DNA from: Candidatus Binataceae bacterium
GTDB taxonomy: Bacteria; Desulfobacterota; Binatia; Binatales; Binataceae
NCBI GenBank assembly: GCA_036495685.1
Contig: DASXMJ010000090.1
Span: 7,908 to 71,907, forward strand
Reading direction: 5' to 3'
DNA: 64,000 nt
This document shows, piece after piece, positions 29,299 through 39,435 of this stretch (position 1 is the first letter of the stretch; the number at the start of each line of letters is the position of its first letter). The notes under the pieces are model-generated. The model did no database searches. It was given only the letters and a program-made list of their open reading frames with translations, and was not told where the DNA came from. The position numbers and the translations under genes are program-made.

Positions 29299-29549
29299 AG
29301 CACGCAGGACCCGAGGCGCTGGACCAACTGGAACCAGTGCTCGCTAAGTTGCGCAAACTCGACGGGTTGCGCGAGCGCAAGCGTGGAGCGTTCTATCGCG
29401 GCTCGTCGGCATTTCTGCATTTTCATGAAGACCCGGCAGGATTTTTCGCTGACCTGAAGGTGGCTGACGACTTCATCCGGTTTCCGGTGAATAGCGGCGC
29501 TGAGGTGGAAAGGTTACTTGCGCGTGCGGCGCGGGCGCTCAAGGGATGA
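29295..29549 (+). CDS. Small hypothetical protein
   Basis: ATGA overlap with the VOC gene; FYRGSSAFLHFHEDPAGFFADLK. Confidence 0.7.
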   Translation: MKHAGPEALDQLEPVLAKLRKLDGLRERKRGAFYRGSSAFLHFHEDPAGFFADLKVADDFIRFPVNSGAEVERLLARAARALKG

Positions 29550-29719
29550 CCCGCCAGGCGCAGCGGCGTTCTTCAACTTTGCCCATGATTGGCAACCGTT
29601 GAGATGTCATGCTCCGCGCGGGTCGAAACGAGGTCCGTAGAGAGATCGCACTCGGGACCGAATCACGCGCGGTTCAAAAATCCACCGCATGGTAGAACCC
29701 TGGGTCTCGCTGAAGAGAA

Positions 29720-29947
29720 CTACCCGTGCGGGGGGCGTTTGCGCCGCAGGTCGGCGGCCGCGCGGGGGAGTGCTTCCGGGCCGGCACGATGGCGCAGCTG
29801 CATATCGTTGCCGCAGTGCGGACAATTGATATCTTTCCACTGCACGCCACGGCCGCAGAACGGGCATTTGTAACGGCGGCGCCCAACCCAATAGAAGCCG
29901 AGCGCGGTCAGCACCACCATTAGCAGTCCGATAATCGTGTGCCGCAC
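29720..29947 (-). CDS. Small membrane-anchored zinc-ribbon protein
   Basis: N-terminal TM, then CPFC-x9-CPHC. Confidence 0.6.
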   Translation of the reverse strand: MRHTIIGLLMVVLTALGFYWVGRRRYKCPFCGRGVQWKDINCPHCGNDMQLRHRAGPEALPRAAADLRRKRPPHG

Positions 29948-29963
29948 GTTCCCCCCGTGATAG

Positions 29964-30386
29964 TCAGGCGGCGCCGGCCTTAAGCGCCTGCTCCAGGGCA
30001 CCGATATTCAGCTCATGACCTTGCGCCATCACCACCAGGAATGCCTTCAGTTCGGGGTCCGAAACGGTGGCCAGATTTTCGTTGATCCTGCGAATAACCC
30101 ATCGTTGGCCGCGATTTAGCAGCTCGAGCTTGCCGCGAAACTCACCGACCGCTCTGACCTTCTCCACGAAGTCGCCGGTTTTGTTCGATGCGTTTCCGCC
30201 CAGCCGCCGCACGTGATGCGACAGCTCGCCGGCGTAGTAACCTTCGTCATGCGCGACTTTTTTGAGCAGTTCCTTGAGTTCCAGAGATCTGGCTTGCCCG
30301 GTAAGTTCGTGAAGTACGCGCCCGCCTGCGCGTTCGGCGTCTCCCAGCCCGTTGAGAAATTCTTCGACGTGATTTTCCATCGGCAT
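29964..30386 (-). CDS. Ferritin-like four-helix protein (DUF6306-like)
   Basis: AERAGGRV, HDEG, TGDFVEKV, LLNRGQRWV, H..NI. Confidence 0.7.
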   Translation of the reverse strand: MPMENHVEEFLNGLGDAERAGGRVLHELTGQARSLELKELLKKVAHDEGYYAGELSHHVRRLGGNASNKTGDFVEKVRAVGEFRGKLELLNRGQRWVIRRINENLATVSDPELKAFLVVMAQGHELNIGALEQALKAGAA

Positions 30387-30569
30387 TACTCCAGATAGAC
30401 GTCCCCCGTCGCCAGCGGAACGCCAAGGCTACCTCGTAAAGAGGGAATTGGAAGCGACTCTAACCATCCGTCTGGCTACCCTTATCCCGACGGCGCTCTA
30501 AAAGGGAGCTCGCCGCGACCGAGTGGTGGCAGCTTCCTAGGGGGGCTTAGTGCCCGTATGAAAGCTCAT

Positions 30570-32312
30570 CTACATCACCGGAACTACCGGGCAGTACGCC
30601 GCGCGGAAGCGGCTGTAGCCTAAGAGCATGGAACGGAACATCCGGAGGACAGGTGCTACAGCCCGCGCCGGACTTGGGCTGAACGCCGCCGCGACCCTGC
30701 CTGCGAGCAATGATTCGAGGAACCCGGGCTGTTCCGGAAGCTCTTCGATTTTTACTTCCGCGCCGGCCGGCATTCCGGCAAATTCCTTCGCCTTCGCCAG
30801 CGCGTCGTCGAATGTGCCGACCGCGTCGATGAGCTTGAGCTCCTTCGCCCTAAGGCCGGTCCACACCCGTCCTTGCGCTACGTCATTCACCTGCCCGATC
30901 GTCATGTGCCGGTCGGCGGCGACCACCTTCAGGAAATAGGCGTAGTCGTCGCCGAGGATCTGTTCCTCGAAAATCCTCTGTTGCGCGGGCGTGAAGTCCG
31001 TGAAGGAGTCGAACATTTCGTAGTTGGCACCGCGTGTTACCGACCCCGAGTTGAGATAGAACTTCTCGGTTGCCGGCGCGATATTGAACTTGCCGCCCAA
31101 CACGCCGATAGAACCGGTGATGGTTCCCGCTTCGGCCACAATTGCTTTGGCCGGCACAGAAATCCAGTAGCCGCCTGAAGCCGCGTAGCCCGACATACTC
31201 ACCACCACCGGCTTTTTTCTCGCGGTTAACTCGACCTCGCGGCGAATCAACTCAGATGCCAGGGTCGATCCCCCCGGCGAGTCGACGCGGAAGACGACCG
31301 CGCGGACGTCATCGTCTTCGCGGGCATCCTTCAATGCATCGACGATTTCATCGGAACCCATGGAATTGCTGTCGGGCGAAAGCAGCGGGTCGAACCCGCC
31401 CTCGCCATGCTCGATCGCTCCCGACCCATAAATGACGGCTATCTTGTCGCCACCGCGGAACCCATCAAGCAGCCGCGCGCGGGTGTAGTCGTCGTAGTTC
31501 TCTAGCCGGTGATGTCCTCCGCCCCAGTTCTTGAGTTTCTCCGTGAACTCATCTTCGTAGGCAAGCTTGTCAACCAGTTTGGCCTTGAGGCTATTGGCTG
31601 CGTTGATCGGCGCCTGGTCAACCAGGGTCTTGATCGTGGCCGCATCCAGATGGCGCTCATCCGCAATTTGCCCGACGATCTGATCAAACAGGTCACCGAC
31701 CAGTGCGTCATCGTCCCGGTGCTGCGGTTCAGTAAATTCCTTGTTCGTGAAGACGTTAAAGGCTGTCTTGTATTCGCCGATCGCACCGATGTTCGGTTTG
31801 ATGCCGAGCCAGTCCAGCGTTCCACGTCCGAAGAACTCCCTCAATCCGACCCCGATCAGATTCAACTCGCCGCGCGGCATCAGCGAGACATTATCCGCGG
31901 CGGCGGCGACCAGGTAGGGCAAATTGCCGGGGTCGCCGTCACCCGCAGTTTCAATGTAGGCTGCGGTCCACTTGCCGGTCTTGCGAAACTTCCTAACCTC
32001 TGCGGCAATCTCCTGCGCCTGCGCGAGTTCCATTTCAGGATCGATGACTTTGATCGCCAGACCGATGATTCTGGGATCTTTGGCGCCCCGATCGATCGCG
32101 CGTCGCACAAAGTTCAGCGGGGTTCCATTCGAATTCAGCAGACCCAATACGCCGTTCGAGCCGCGCTCGGCCACCGGTCCCGACAGCGTCACGACCAGCA
32201 CCGAGCCAGCGGGCACTCGATGCGCGACGTAATCAGAGGCGAGTACGATCACGAACAGCACCGCAATCACAATTATGGTCCGCACGAACCAGCGGAAAAT
32301 TCTTTTCAGCAT
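30570..32312 (-). CDS. sppA: Signal peptide peptidase SppA (67K type)
   Basis: N-terminal TM, GEYKTA, RVDSPGGS, VSMSGYAASGGYWIS, TGSIGV, QGRVWTG. Confidence 0.93.
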   Translation of the reverse strand: MLKRIFRWFVRTIIVIAVLFVIVLASDYVAHRVPAGSVLVVTLSGPVAERGSNGVLGLLNSNGTPLNFVRRAIDRGAKDPRIIGLAIKVIDPEMELAQAQEIAAEVRKFRKTGKWTAAYIETAGDGDPGNLPYLVAAAADNVSLMPRGELNLIGVGLREFFGRGTLDWLGIKPNIGAIGEYKTAFNVFTNKEFTEPQHRDDDALVGDLFDQIVGQIADERHLDAATIKTLVDQAPINAANSLKAKLVDKLAYEDEFTEKLKNWGGGHHRLENYDDYTRARLLDGFRGGDKIAVIYGSGAIEHGEGGFDPLLSPDSNSMGSDEIVDALKDAREDDDVRAVVFRVDSPGGSTLASELIRREVELTARKKPVVVSMSGYAASGGYWISVPAKAIVAEAGTITGSIGVLGGKFNIAPATEKFYLNSGSVTRGANYEMFDSFTDFTPAQQRIFEEQILGDDYAYFLKVVAADRHMTIGQVNDVAQGRVWTGLRAKELKLIDAVGTFDDALAKAKEFAGMPAGAEVKIEELPEQPGFLESLLAGRVAAAFSPSPARAVAPVLRMFRSMLLGYSRFRAAYCPVVPVM

Positions 32313-32468
32313 TCAACTCTCCGTTGCGCCACGCGCTATATGGGGGCGGCCAGGCGGGTGCGCTCCCTATTCCCTTGGTAACCAGCGCCCTGCAAGATAG
32401 CCAACCACACCTGTCGGAACGGGGCCAGACTGAGTTTTGACTCGCGGCGGGGGAACGATCTCACAACC

Positions 32469-33782
32469 ATGGCGACCGCCTTAAAGCCGCACACTCTGCT
32501 GCACGAACTCCCGATGGGAAGGACGCACGTCAGGATCATCGTGTTGTGCTTCTTCGCCTGGATTTTCGACTTCTACGATCTGATTCTGTATTCGTTCTTG
32601 CTGGTGCCAATCGCCCGGGAGCTGCGCCTGAGCCCGGGCGCTTCATCTCTGGCGCTCGGAAGCTCGCTGCTGATGACGGCGGCGGGCGGAATAATCTTCG
32701 GTTTCGCCGGCGATCGCTTTGGCCGCAAGCCGACCATCGTCGTGACCGTCGCGATTTATGGAATTGGTACTCTGCTATCTGCCGCGAGCAGCTCGCTGGT
32801 GGAACTGATCGTTTATCGATCGATCACCGGCCTTGGGATGGGTGGTGGATGGGCACCGGGGCAGAGTTTGATCGCGGAGAGCGTTCCGGCGCAGTATCGC
32901 GCGCGCTACGCCGCATATGTGCAGACTGGAGCACCGCTGGGAATTCTGCTCGCGGCGGTCGTCAGCGGCCAGGTTACACCGATCATCGGATGGCGCGCGA
33001 CGTTTATGCTCTCTGCCGCGCCTGCCCTGATCGTCGCGGTGGCGGTCATTCGCTATCTGCCGGAAAGCGATGTGTGGCTTCATATCCGTGCCGTCGCGAA
33101 AGCCGAGGGCGTGACCGGGGGTGGCGCAGTGGATGACTCTTGGACCTCCGCGCTCCGGGAACATCGCCGGATATTCACGCTGCTGTTTTTCACCCTGTTA
33201 CTCAGTTCGGAGGCCTACTGGTTCACCTACACCTGGATGCCTGGCTACCTGGAACTGAAGCGCGGGCTCAGTGCAGCAGGGGTGAGTGCGCTGGTCATCT
33301 TCATGCAGGTTGGTGGGGTTATCGGTTATGCGATCTTTGGTCTGCTTGCCGATCGGTTCGGGCGCCGGCCGACGTACTTTGTGTTCGGCGTGCTGATGGC
33401 AGTGGGCTTGCTGCCGCCGACGATCTTTTGGGACGCGGCGTCGGGAGTGCGCGGGCTGATCGCGGTGGCGATGTTCATGGTGGGCTTCGGCACCGGACTA
33501 TGGAGCGGCGTGGCACCGATGATCTCTGAGATGTTGCCCACGCGGGTGCGCAATACCGCGCTCGGGCTACTGCTCAATGTCACCCGCGGTTTTCAATTTT
33601 TCACCCCGATCTTCATCGCGGCGATGGGCGCACGGGTGGGGTTTGCCCCGACCCTCGCGCTGGGCGCGGTGTTCTCGGCCGCAGGCGCTTCAATGGTGTG
33701 GACGCTGCCGGAGACGCGGGGCCGGCGCATTACCGCACTCGACAGGGCGGTCGCGCCGAGCCGCGTTCACCCCGACCCCTGA
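32469..33782 (+). CDS. MFS transporter (aromatic acid:H+ symporter-like)
   Basis: FDFYD, GDRFGRK, ADRFGRRP, EMLPTRVR, LPETRG. Confidence 0.88.
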   Translation: MATALKPHTLLHELPMGRTHVRIIVLCFFAWIFDFYDLILYSFLLVPIARELRLSPGASSLALGSSLLMTAAGGIIFGFAGDRFGRKPTIVVTVAIYGIGTLLSAASSSLVELIVYRSITGLGMGGGWAPGQSLIAESVPAQYRARYAAYVQTGAPLGILLAAVVSGQVTPIIGWRATFMLSAAPALIVAVAVIRYLPESDVWLHIRAVAKAEGVTGGGAVDDSWTSALREHRRIFTLLFFTLLLSSEAYWFTYTWMPGYLELKRGLSAAGVSALVIFMQVGGVIGYAIFGLLADRFGRRPTYFVFGVLMAVGLLPPTIFWDAASGVRGLIAVAMFMVGFGTGLWSGVAPMISEMLPTRVRNTALGLLLNVTRGFQFFTPIFIAAMGARVGFAPTLALGAVFSAAGASMVWTLPETRGRRITALDRAVAPSRVHPDP

Positions 33783-33872
33783 CGCCTTCCTCACAGGCAT
33801 TCACGGTTAGTGGCGGCTCTGAGCCAGGGTCAGCGCGCAAAGCGGGTAGACCACTCTCTTCCGATCCCGACG

Positions 33873-35726
33873 CTACGGCGAGCTGCCGAGGGGCTCGCGC
33901 TCTACCGAGGAGTCATCGAAGTAGAGATGATCGCCGAGCCGTGTCAAACGCAGCGTAGTGGTCGTCCTCACACCCTGCAGTTCCAGTTCGGTCTTCATGG
34001 TGAACCCGTGTGCAGGGCCGGCGTATGAGCTTTCGCCCTTGAGCGCTTCGCGCATGACGCGCCCGCTGGGAGAGATCGAGCCGGGTCCCACGTTGGGCAA
34101 CAAACCGAGTACCGAGGCTATGGTTGGGGCGACGTCGATATTTCCGGTGGGATTCTCATCCGAAAACCCCCGCTTGAAGTCGGGACCGATGGCCGCGGCA
34201 AAGTTGTGAATTTCGCGCACCCCAGCCGCGCCGTGCATACCCATTCCGGTCGTGAAACCGTCGATTTTCCCGGTATCCGAATAGACCAGGCCCCTAACCG
34301 GATGCACCAATTCCTGCGACTTGTTGGGCATCGGTTGCTGGCCCTTGAGTGCCAATGCGAACGCGAGGTTGTTGGGACCGGTGAGACCCTTGTTGTCGGT
34401 GTCTGCGGATTCCGCAAAGGAGATAATCAAATCCGGCGAGCGAGCCTGGTTCAGAAGGCCAAGCGCCGATTGCGCAAAGGTCCCATCAATCCAGCCCTTG
34501 TAAGGCGGCTCGGGTTTGTACCGGCGACCATGCTTGGCGGCGGGCGCAACGATCGCCAACTCCCGCGAAAAGATCGGGCCGCACCATTCCTGCGCCTCGC
34601 AGAAATCGACGATCTTCTGTAAGCGCTCGCGAATTGCCTCGCGAGTCGGGAATGCTGTGGAGGAAAGATAGAGCAAATCGCTGCCGCCGTTGGGCGCGAT
34701 GACCACATCGTTGGAGTCGATCGCTTTCTTGAGCCCGGCTGAAACCAGTAGCGCGGCCAGCCACACCCGCAGGCGAATCGTCGCAAAGCCGTGATCCGAC
34801 ACCACCATCATATCGGTGCGATTGTCGAGCCTTGTAGCCGCCACCGCCGCACGGACCGTCATCAGATCTTCGTCGGCCGCCCGCAGCGCTTCCATGGCGG
34901 GGAGGGTGCCGAGCCCGGCGCGATGCTGGGTAACGTCGGGATTGTGCAGCCACAGGGTAACCAGCGCGGGATGGCCGTTCTCGAGGGATTGTTTAGCGGC
35001 GGGAATCGCGCGGTCCGCGACGAACCGCGCGAACGCTCGGTCGCGTTCGCGATCCGAAACACCCTCACGGGTGGTCGGCGGCAATGCATTGCGCACGTCG
35101 TCGAGGACCGGCGGGAACGCGGCGTCATCGCTCAAGAACGTGTAGTTGGCTTGCGGTAGCCGCAGCAAGTCGCGTCCGTCGACGACCGTGTCCGCTCGAG
35201 TGTCGAACAGAAAAGTCGGTCCGCGCTTGCCGACAATCGCGAGAAACCCGTTCTCGCGCTCCACTTGCTGTGCCACGCTGTCGACCCCGAGCAGATAACC
35301 GGCAAACCCGCCCGGGGAATCCAGTGCTGAAAGCGTGTGGGTGTCCTCTAGGTCGACGACCTGCGCGAGGGTCTTAAGCGGCTCTTGGCTGAGGTTCGCA
35401 CCGTGCTGCGCGAGTGCCGGGCCAAGATACATCGTGTCGCCGAGAATACCGGTGGTTCCCGCCGAAGCGCCGGTCGCCAGAGTGGCCGCATTGACCATCG
35501 TGACGGTCGGGAATTGCGAATGCTGGCGGTCGAAGCGAACCCCCTCGCGTGCGAGATCATAAAGATGAGGCATGTCGCGCGGGATGACTGAATCGGGCCG
35601 CAGGCCGTCGCAAACGACCACGATGAAAAGGCGTGGATTCCCGCGGCTCTGCGCGGATGCAAATCCGTCGGCTAGAGCGAACAGGCCGACGAGAATCAGG
35701 GGCACGAGCAAGAGAAACCGCTTCAT
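33873..35726 (-). CDS. Exported alkaline phosphatase superfamily (NPP-type) phosphodiesterase
   Basis: Signal peptide, DGLRPD, FPTVT (Thr nucleophile), PDVTQH, VSDHG, GMHG. Confidence 0.85.
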   Translation of the reverse strand: MKRFLLLVPLILVGLFALADGFASAQSRGNPRLFIVVVCDGLRPDSVIPRDMPHLYDLAREGVRFDRQHSQFPTVTMVNAATLATGASAGTTGILGDTMYLGPALAQHGANLSQEPLKTLAQVVDLEDTHTLSALDSPGGFAGYLLGVDSVAQQVERENGFLAIVGKRGPTFLFDTRADTVVDGRDLLRLPQANYTFLSDDAAFPPVLDDVRNALPPTTREGVSDRERDRAFARFVADRAIPAAKQSLENGHPALVTLWLHNPDVTQHRAGLGTLPAMEALRAADEDLMTVRAAVAATRLDNRTDMMVVSDHGFATIRLRVWLAALLVSAGLKKAIDSNDVVIAPNGGSDLLYLSSTAFPTREAIRERLQKIVDFCEAQEWCGPIFSRELAIVAPAAKHGRRYKPEPPYKGWIDGTFAQSALGLLNQARSPDLIISFAESADTDNKGLTGPNNLAFALALKGQQPMPNKSQELVHPVRGLVYSDTGKIDGFTTGMGMHGAAGVREIHNFAAAIGPDFKRGFSDENPTGNIDVAPTIASVLGLLPNVGPGSISPSGRVMREALKGESSYAGPAHGFTMKTELELQGVRTTTTLRLTRLGDHLYFDDSSVEREPLGSSP

Positions 35727-36032
35727 GGGTCAGAGCATCAAAGCGGGTGACTAACGGTGAAGTCAACTGAAGGGTCGTGACGGCCGTCTCCTGCGACCCG
35801 CTCACCCGCCTTACGGGAGCGCGCCGTGTTCCGGTGACCCGGGAGATCGCGGACGCATTGAGAGATGAGCCAGTCGCGATCGCGCTGAGCGCAGCCATGC
35901 GCTTTTCAGCCCGCGAGAGCGCGCGATTTCTGGGGAGGTCGGCTTATCGGGCGGAAAGGCAGCCCTGACCGCGGTTTCAAGTGCCGCGCAGCTTTTGGTA
36001 GCGTGGTCGTCCGGTTGCGGAGGGCAGGTGCG

Positions 36033-36950
36033 TTGCGCATAGCGTTGCTCGGACAGGCGGCTTTCGCGGAGAAAGCGCTCGAGGCGCTCGTCAAACATGG
36101 CGACGAGATCGTACGCGTGTTCGCGCCGCCTGACCCGCCCGCGGGCAGGGCGGACCCACTCAAGGTGAAGGCCCTCGAGCTGGGTCTTCCGCTGTCACAG
36201 CCAGGGTCGTTCAAAAGAGACCCGGCGGCATTCGAACATTTCAAAGCGCTCAACGCCGACCTCGCGATTCTCGCCTTCGTGACCATCATCGTCCCGGAGC
36301 CAATCCTGTATCTGCCACGCCATAAGTCGATTTGCTTCCACCCTTCACTACTGCCGCGACGTCGAGGCGCGAGCGCAATCAATTGGGCAATCATAAAAGG
36401 CGATCGCGAGACCGGCGTCACCTGGTTCTGGCCCGACGCAGGAATCGACACGGGGCCTATCCTGATCCAGAAGCGCGTCCCCATAAGCGAGGGCGACACA
36501 ACCGGCTCGATCTACTTCAACAAGCTCTTCCCGCTGGGGATAGAAACGATGATCGAGGCGGTCGATTTGATCGAGGCGGGCAAAGCTCCGGCGCTGGTGC
36601 AGGACGAGAGCCAGGCGACCTACGAACCACCGTGCCGCGATGAACATGCAAAAATTGATTTTGCCAGACCCGCGCGAGAAGTCTTCAACCTGGTTCGCGG
36701 GTGTGACCCGCAGCCAGGTGCGTATGCCGAGCTCAATGGCAAACGCGTACGCCTATACGACGCTGCGCTGGAGGCCACGCCCGCGGACGGAGCGCCGGGT
36801 ACCATCGTGACGATCGCGGCGGACGCGATGCGCATCGCGCTGGGGGATGGTGCGCAATTGGCAGTCAAGCGTGCGCGCATCGACCCCAGCCCCAAGAAGG
36901 TTGCGCCCGGCGAGCTGGGCGAACTGCGGGCCCGTGCACAGTTGAAGTGA
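36033..36950 (+). CDS. Fmt-fold protein of the 10-formyl-THF hydrolase (ALDH1L1 N-terminal) type
   Basis: IALLGQAAF, ICFHPSLLPRRRGASAINW, FWPDAGIDTG, KLFPLG; TTG start with GGAGG RBS. Confidence 0.75.
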   Translation: MRIALLGQAAFAEKALEALVKHGDEIVRVFAPPDPPAGRADPLKVKALELGLPLSQPGSFKRDPAAFEHFKALNADLAILAFVTIIVPEPILYLPRHKSICFHPSLLPRRRGASAINWAIIKGDRETGVTWFWPDAGIDTGPILIQKRVPISEGDTTGSIYFNKLFPLGIETMIEAVDLIEAGKAPALVQDESQATYEPPCRDEHAKIDFARPAREVFNLVRGCDPQPGAYAELNGKRVRLYDAALEATPADGAPGTIVTIAADAMRIALGDGAQLAVKRARIDPSPKKVAPGELGELRARAQLK

Positions 36951-37081
36951 CTGGCTTTGTCGCATGTCTTGACATCGCGTAGAATCGGTGGCCGAGACTG
37001 GTCCAAGCGAGGTGTGTCCACAGCTCGCGAGATTCGACGACTGCGTCACAAATGCTCGGCGCGGAATGACGGTGGCTGACC

Positions 37082-38086
37082 ATGCGAATCTGCGTAGGAA
37101 CCTCCAAGGGAGTGGTCATTCTCGATCCGGCGCGCGGCCCGCTGCCGCTGATGGTGCTGGCCGATCCCACGGCTGTCTGGTGTATGGCGCAGGACTGCGC
37201 CGAACCTGCGGTGATCTATGCGGGTGCGACCGAACACGTGCGCGGACGCGGTACCCTGGCCCGTTCGGTCGATGGCGGCAGGTCGTGGACCGATATCACG
37301 CCGGGCGGTGCGCGCGATGAGGAAGTCTGGGCCCTGGGGGCGTCGCCAGTGGTCAAGGACCAGGTCTTCGTAGGCACGTCACATGCGCGGCTGTTTCGCA
37401 GTGATGATCGCGGCCGGTCGTTCCGCGAGTGCGCAGGTTTTTTGAGAATTCCGGGCCGGGACCGGTGGACCTTTCCCCCACCGCCTCACATACCGCACGT
37501 GCGTTCGATAAGCTTCGACCCGCACATCCCGTCGACGATGTATGTCGGGGTCGAGGAAGGCGGCGTGTATCGCTCCCGCGACGCGGGCGCCAACTTCGAG
37601 TCGCTCAACGAGGGACTCTACGACGATATTCACACGGTCGCGATCGATCCGCGCGATTCGCGCCGGCTGTATGCAACTACCGGGGACGGCTTTTATCGAT
37701 CCGACAATGCCGGCGGCTCCTGGCAGCACATCACGGACGGTATGGATCGCAGCTACACGGTGCCACTGCTGATCGCGGGAACTGATGCAGAGACGATCTT
37801 CACTGCCGCAGCGGCGGGACCTCCGCCGACCTGGTCCATAGGACACGCCGGCGCCGACGCGATGCTTTTTCGCAGCACCGATCATGGGCAGAGCTTCACG
37901 CCAATTTTGGCCGAACATGTGTGGGGCCGCGGCATGATCATGCGCCTGCGGTGCGACCCCGAGTGCGGCGGGTTTCTTGGGGTCACCAACGACGGCTACG
38001 TGATTCGCGCTACCGAGCAATGCGCGAGCGTAAAGGCGATCGCCGAGAAGTTGCCACCTGCCTACGATCTGGTAGCTCTGTCCTGA
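37082..38086 (+). CDS. BNR/Asp-box repeat beta-propeller protein
   Basis: Repeated S-x-D-x-G-x-S/T-W/F boxes; WTFPPPPHIPHVR. Confidence 0.8.
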   Translation: MRICVGTSKGVVILDPARGPLPLMVLADPTAVWCMAQDCAEPAVIYAGATEHVRGRGTLARSVDGGRSWTDITPGGARDEEVWALGASPVVKDQVFVGTSHARLFRSDDRGRSFRECAGFLRIPGRDRWTFPPPPHIPHVRSISFDPHIPSTMYVGVEEGGVYRSRDAGANFESLNEGLYDDIHTVAIDPRDSRRLYATTGDGFYRSDNAGGSWQHITDGMDRSYTVPLLIAGTDAETIFTAAAAGPPPTWSIGHAGADAMLFRSTDHGQSFTPILAEHVWGRGMIMRLRCDPECGGFLGVTNDGYVIRATEQCASVKAIAEKLPPAYDLVALS

Positions 38087-38216
38087 GCAAGTAGACGCCC
38101 ATATTCGGCCGATTTAGCCGATTTCCCCCGACACTCGATTTCCCGGACAACACGGACACTCGGGATACCTGAACACCCGGTGTGGCCACTGCCAAGTGAG
38201 TGCTGCTTGACTGGGA

Positions 38217-38231
38217 CGAAAAAAAAGCGAA
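38217..38231 (+). promoter_or_regulatory. CGAA-N7-CGAA direct repeat in the radical SAM promoter (possible LexA-type box)
   Basis: CGAA-AAAAAAG-CGAA between TTGACT (38207-38212) and ATG 38241. Confidence 0.35.
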
Positions 38232-38240
38232 ACTAGGTCT

Positions 38241-39233
38241 ATGAAGGCCGCCGACACCTTGCCGCTCCAGCTACAATCCGAGGGCGAACTCGAACAGACC
38301 CGCGGAGTGGAATTCATCGAGATGCCGGTGCATCGGATTTTGAACCGATGCACGAGCGAGCGAATGCCGTTTCGCTGGACCATCAATCCCTATCGCGGAT
38401 GCGAGTTCGGGTGTGTTTATTGCTACGCGCGCTACACCCACGACTTCCTCGAGCTGCGCGATCCGCTGGATTTTGAGCGGCGCATCTTCGTCAAGCGGAT
38501 GGCGGCTGAGGTCCTGGCGCGCACGCTGTCGCGCACGCCGATCGGCGAGGACGCCATCGCGATCGGCACGGCGACCGATCCGTATCAGCCAGCCGAGCGC
38601 AAATTCCGGCTCACCCGCTCGATGCTGGAAGTGTTTGCGAATCTGGCAGGGCTCAATCTCTCGATCACCACCAAGTCCGCGCTGGTTACGCGCGACCTTG
38701 ACCTGCTGATGAAGATAAACCGGCGTTCGCATCTGCAGGTGAATATCTCCCTGATAACGCTCGACCGGCGATTGCAGCGGCTGCTGGAGCCACGCGCACC
38801 GCGGCCTGCCCTAAGGCTGCGCGCGCTCAATGAGCTCGCGCGCGCCGGCATCCGCTGCAACATCCTGATGATGCCGATGATTCCGGGCCTCACCGACGAG
38901 CCGGCGCGCATCGAAAACGTGATTCGCGCAGCGAAGCGCGCTGGTGCCGACGGTCTGTGGTGGCGGTCGCTATATCTTAAGCCCGCGGCAGCGCGAAGAT
39001 TCATTCCCTTCGTCCGGGAACGATTTCCGCAGCTCGCGCCGCGTATCGATGAGTTCTACGGGCGCCACGTTTACGCACCCGCGGCTTACGACGACCGGAT
39101 GCGAGCGATCTTCGATCGCTTGCGCCAGCGGCACGGCTTCGCACTATCGCGGGAACGCGACGAGTCGGCCAATGTGGCGATTCGGCCCGCGGCGCAAGTT
39201 CCCAGGCAGTTGAGTTTAGTAGCTGGTTCCTAG
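38241..39233 (+). CDS. Radical SAM protein, SplB-like Rv2578c/PA0069 family
   Basis: INPYRGCEFGCVYCYAR, GTATDPYQPAE, ITTKS, LEPRAP. Confidence 0.9.
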   Translation: MKAADTLPLQLQSEGELEQTRGVEFIEMPVHRILNRCTSERMPFRWTINPYRGCEFGCVYCYARYTHDFLELRDPLDFERRIFVKRMAAEVLARTLSRTPIGEDAIAIGTATDPYQPAERKFRLTRSMLEVFANLAGLNLSITTKSALVTRDLDLLMKINRRSHLQVNISLITLDRRLQRLLEPRAPRPALRLRALNELARAGIRCNILMMPMIPGLTDEPARIENVIRAAKRAGADGLWWRSLYLKPAAARRFIPFVRERFPQLAPRIDEFYGRHVYAPAAYDDRMRAIFDRLRQRHGFALSRERDESANVAIRPAAQVPRQLSLVAGS

Positions 39234-39435
39234 TTGGAATTTCAGGCGGGTCCTGCTGCCTTTTCTAGGAACGCGGGCTCAAGCAGTGCCCACTTAAGGA
39301 CGATTGGGTGCTCGCCCTCTCCCACCACTTAACCTTCTCTTCATTGCTCCGACCCGTTGCTCGGGTTATATAGCCGTCGCGACTGCGTCGCTTCTGGGCA
39401 CTCCCGCGAAGGGATGCGCTCAGACTGAAAACAGC

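Noticed and set aside
35776-35830. Possible ZTP (pfl) riboswitch upstream of the formyl-THF hydrolase-like gene (GGGTCGTGAC start)
   Set aside because: Forms simple hairpins only; lacks the UGGCG/CGCC pseudoknot pair and the GCCUGGGC P3 element
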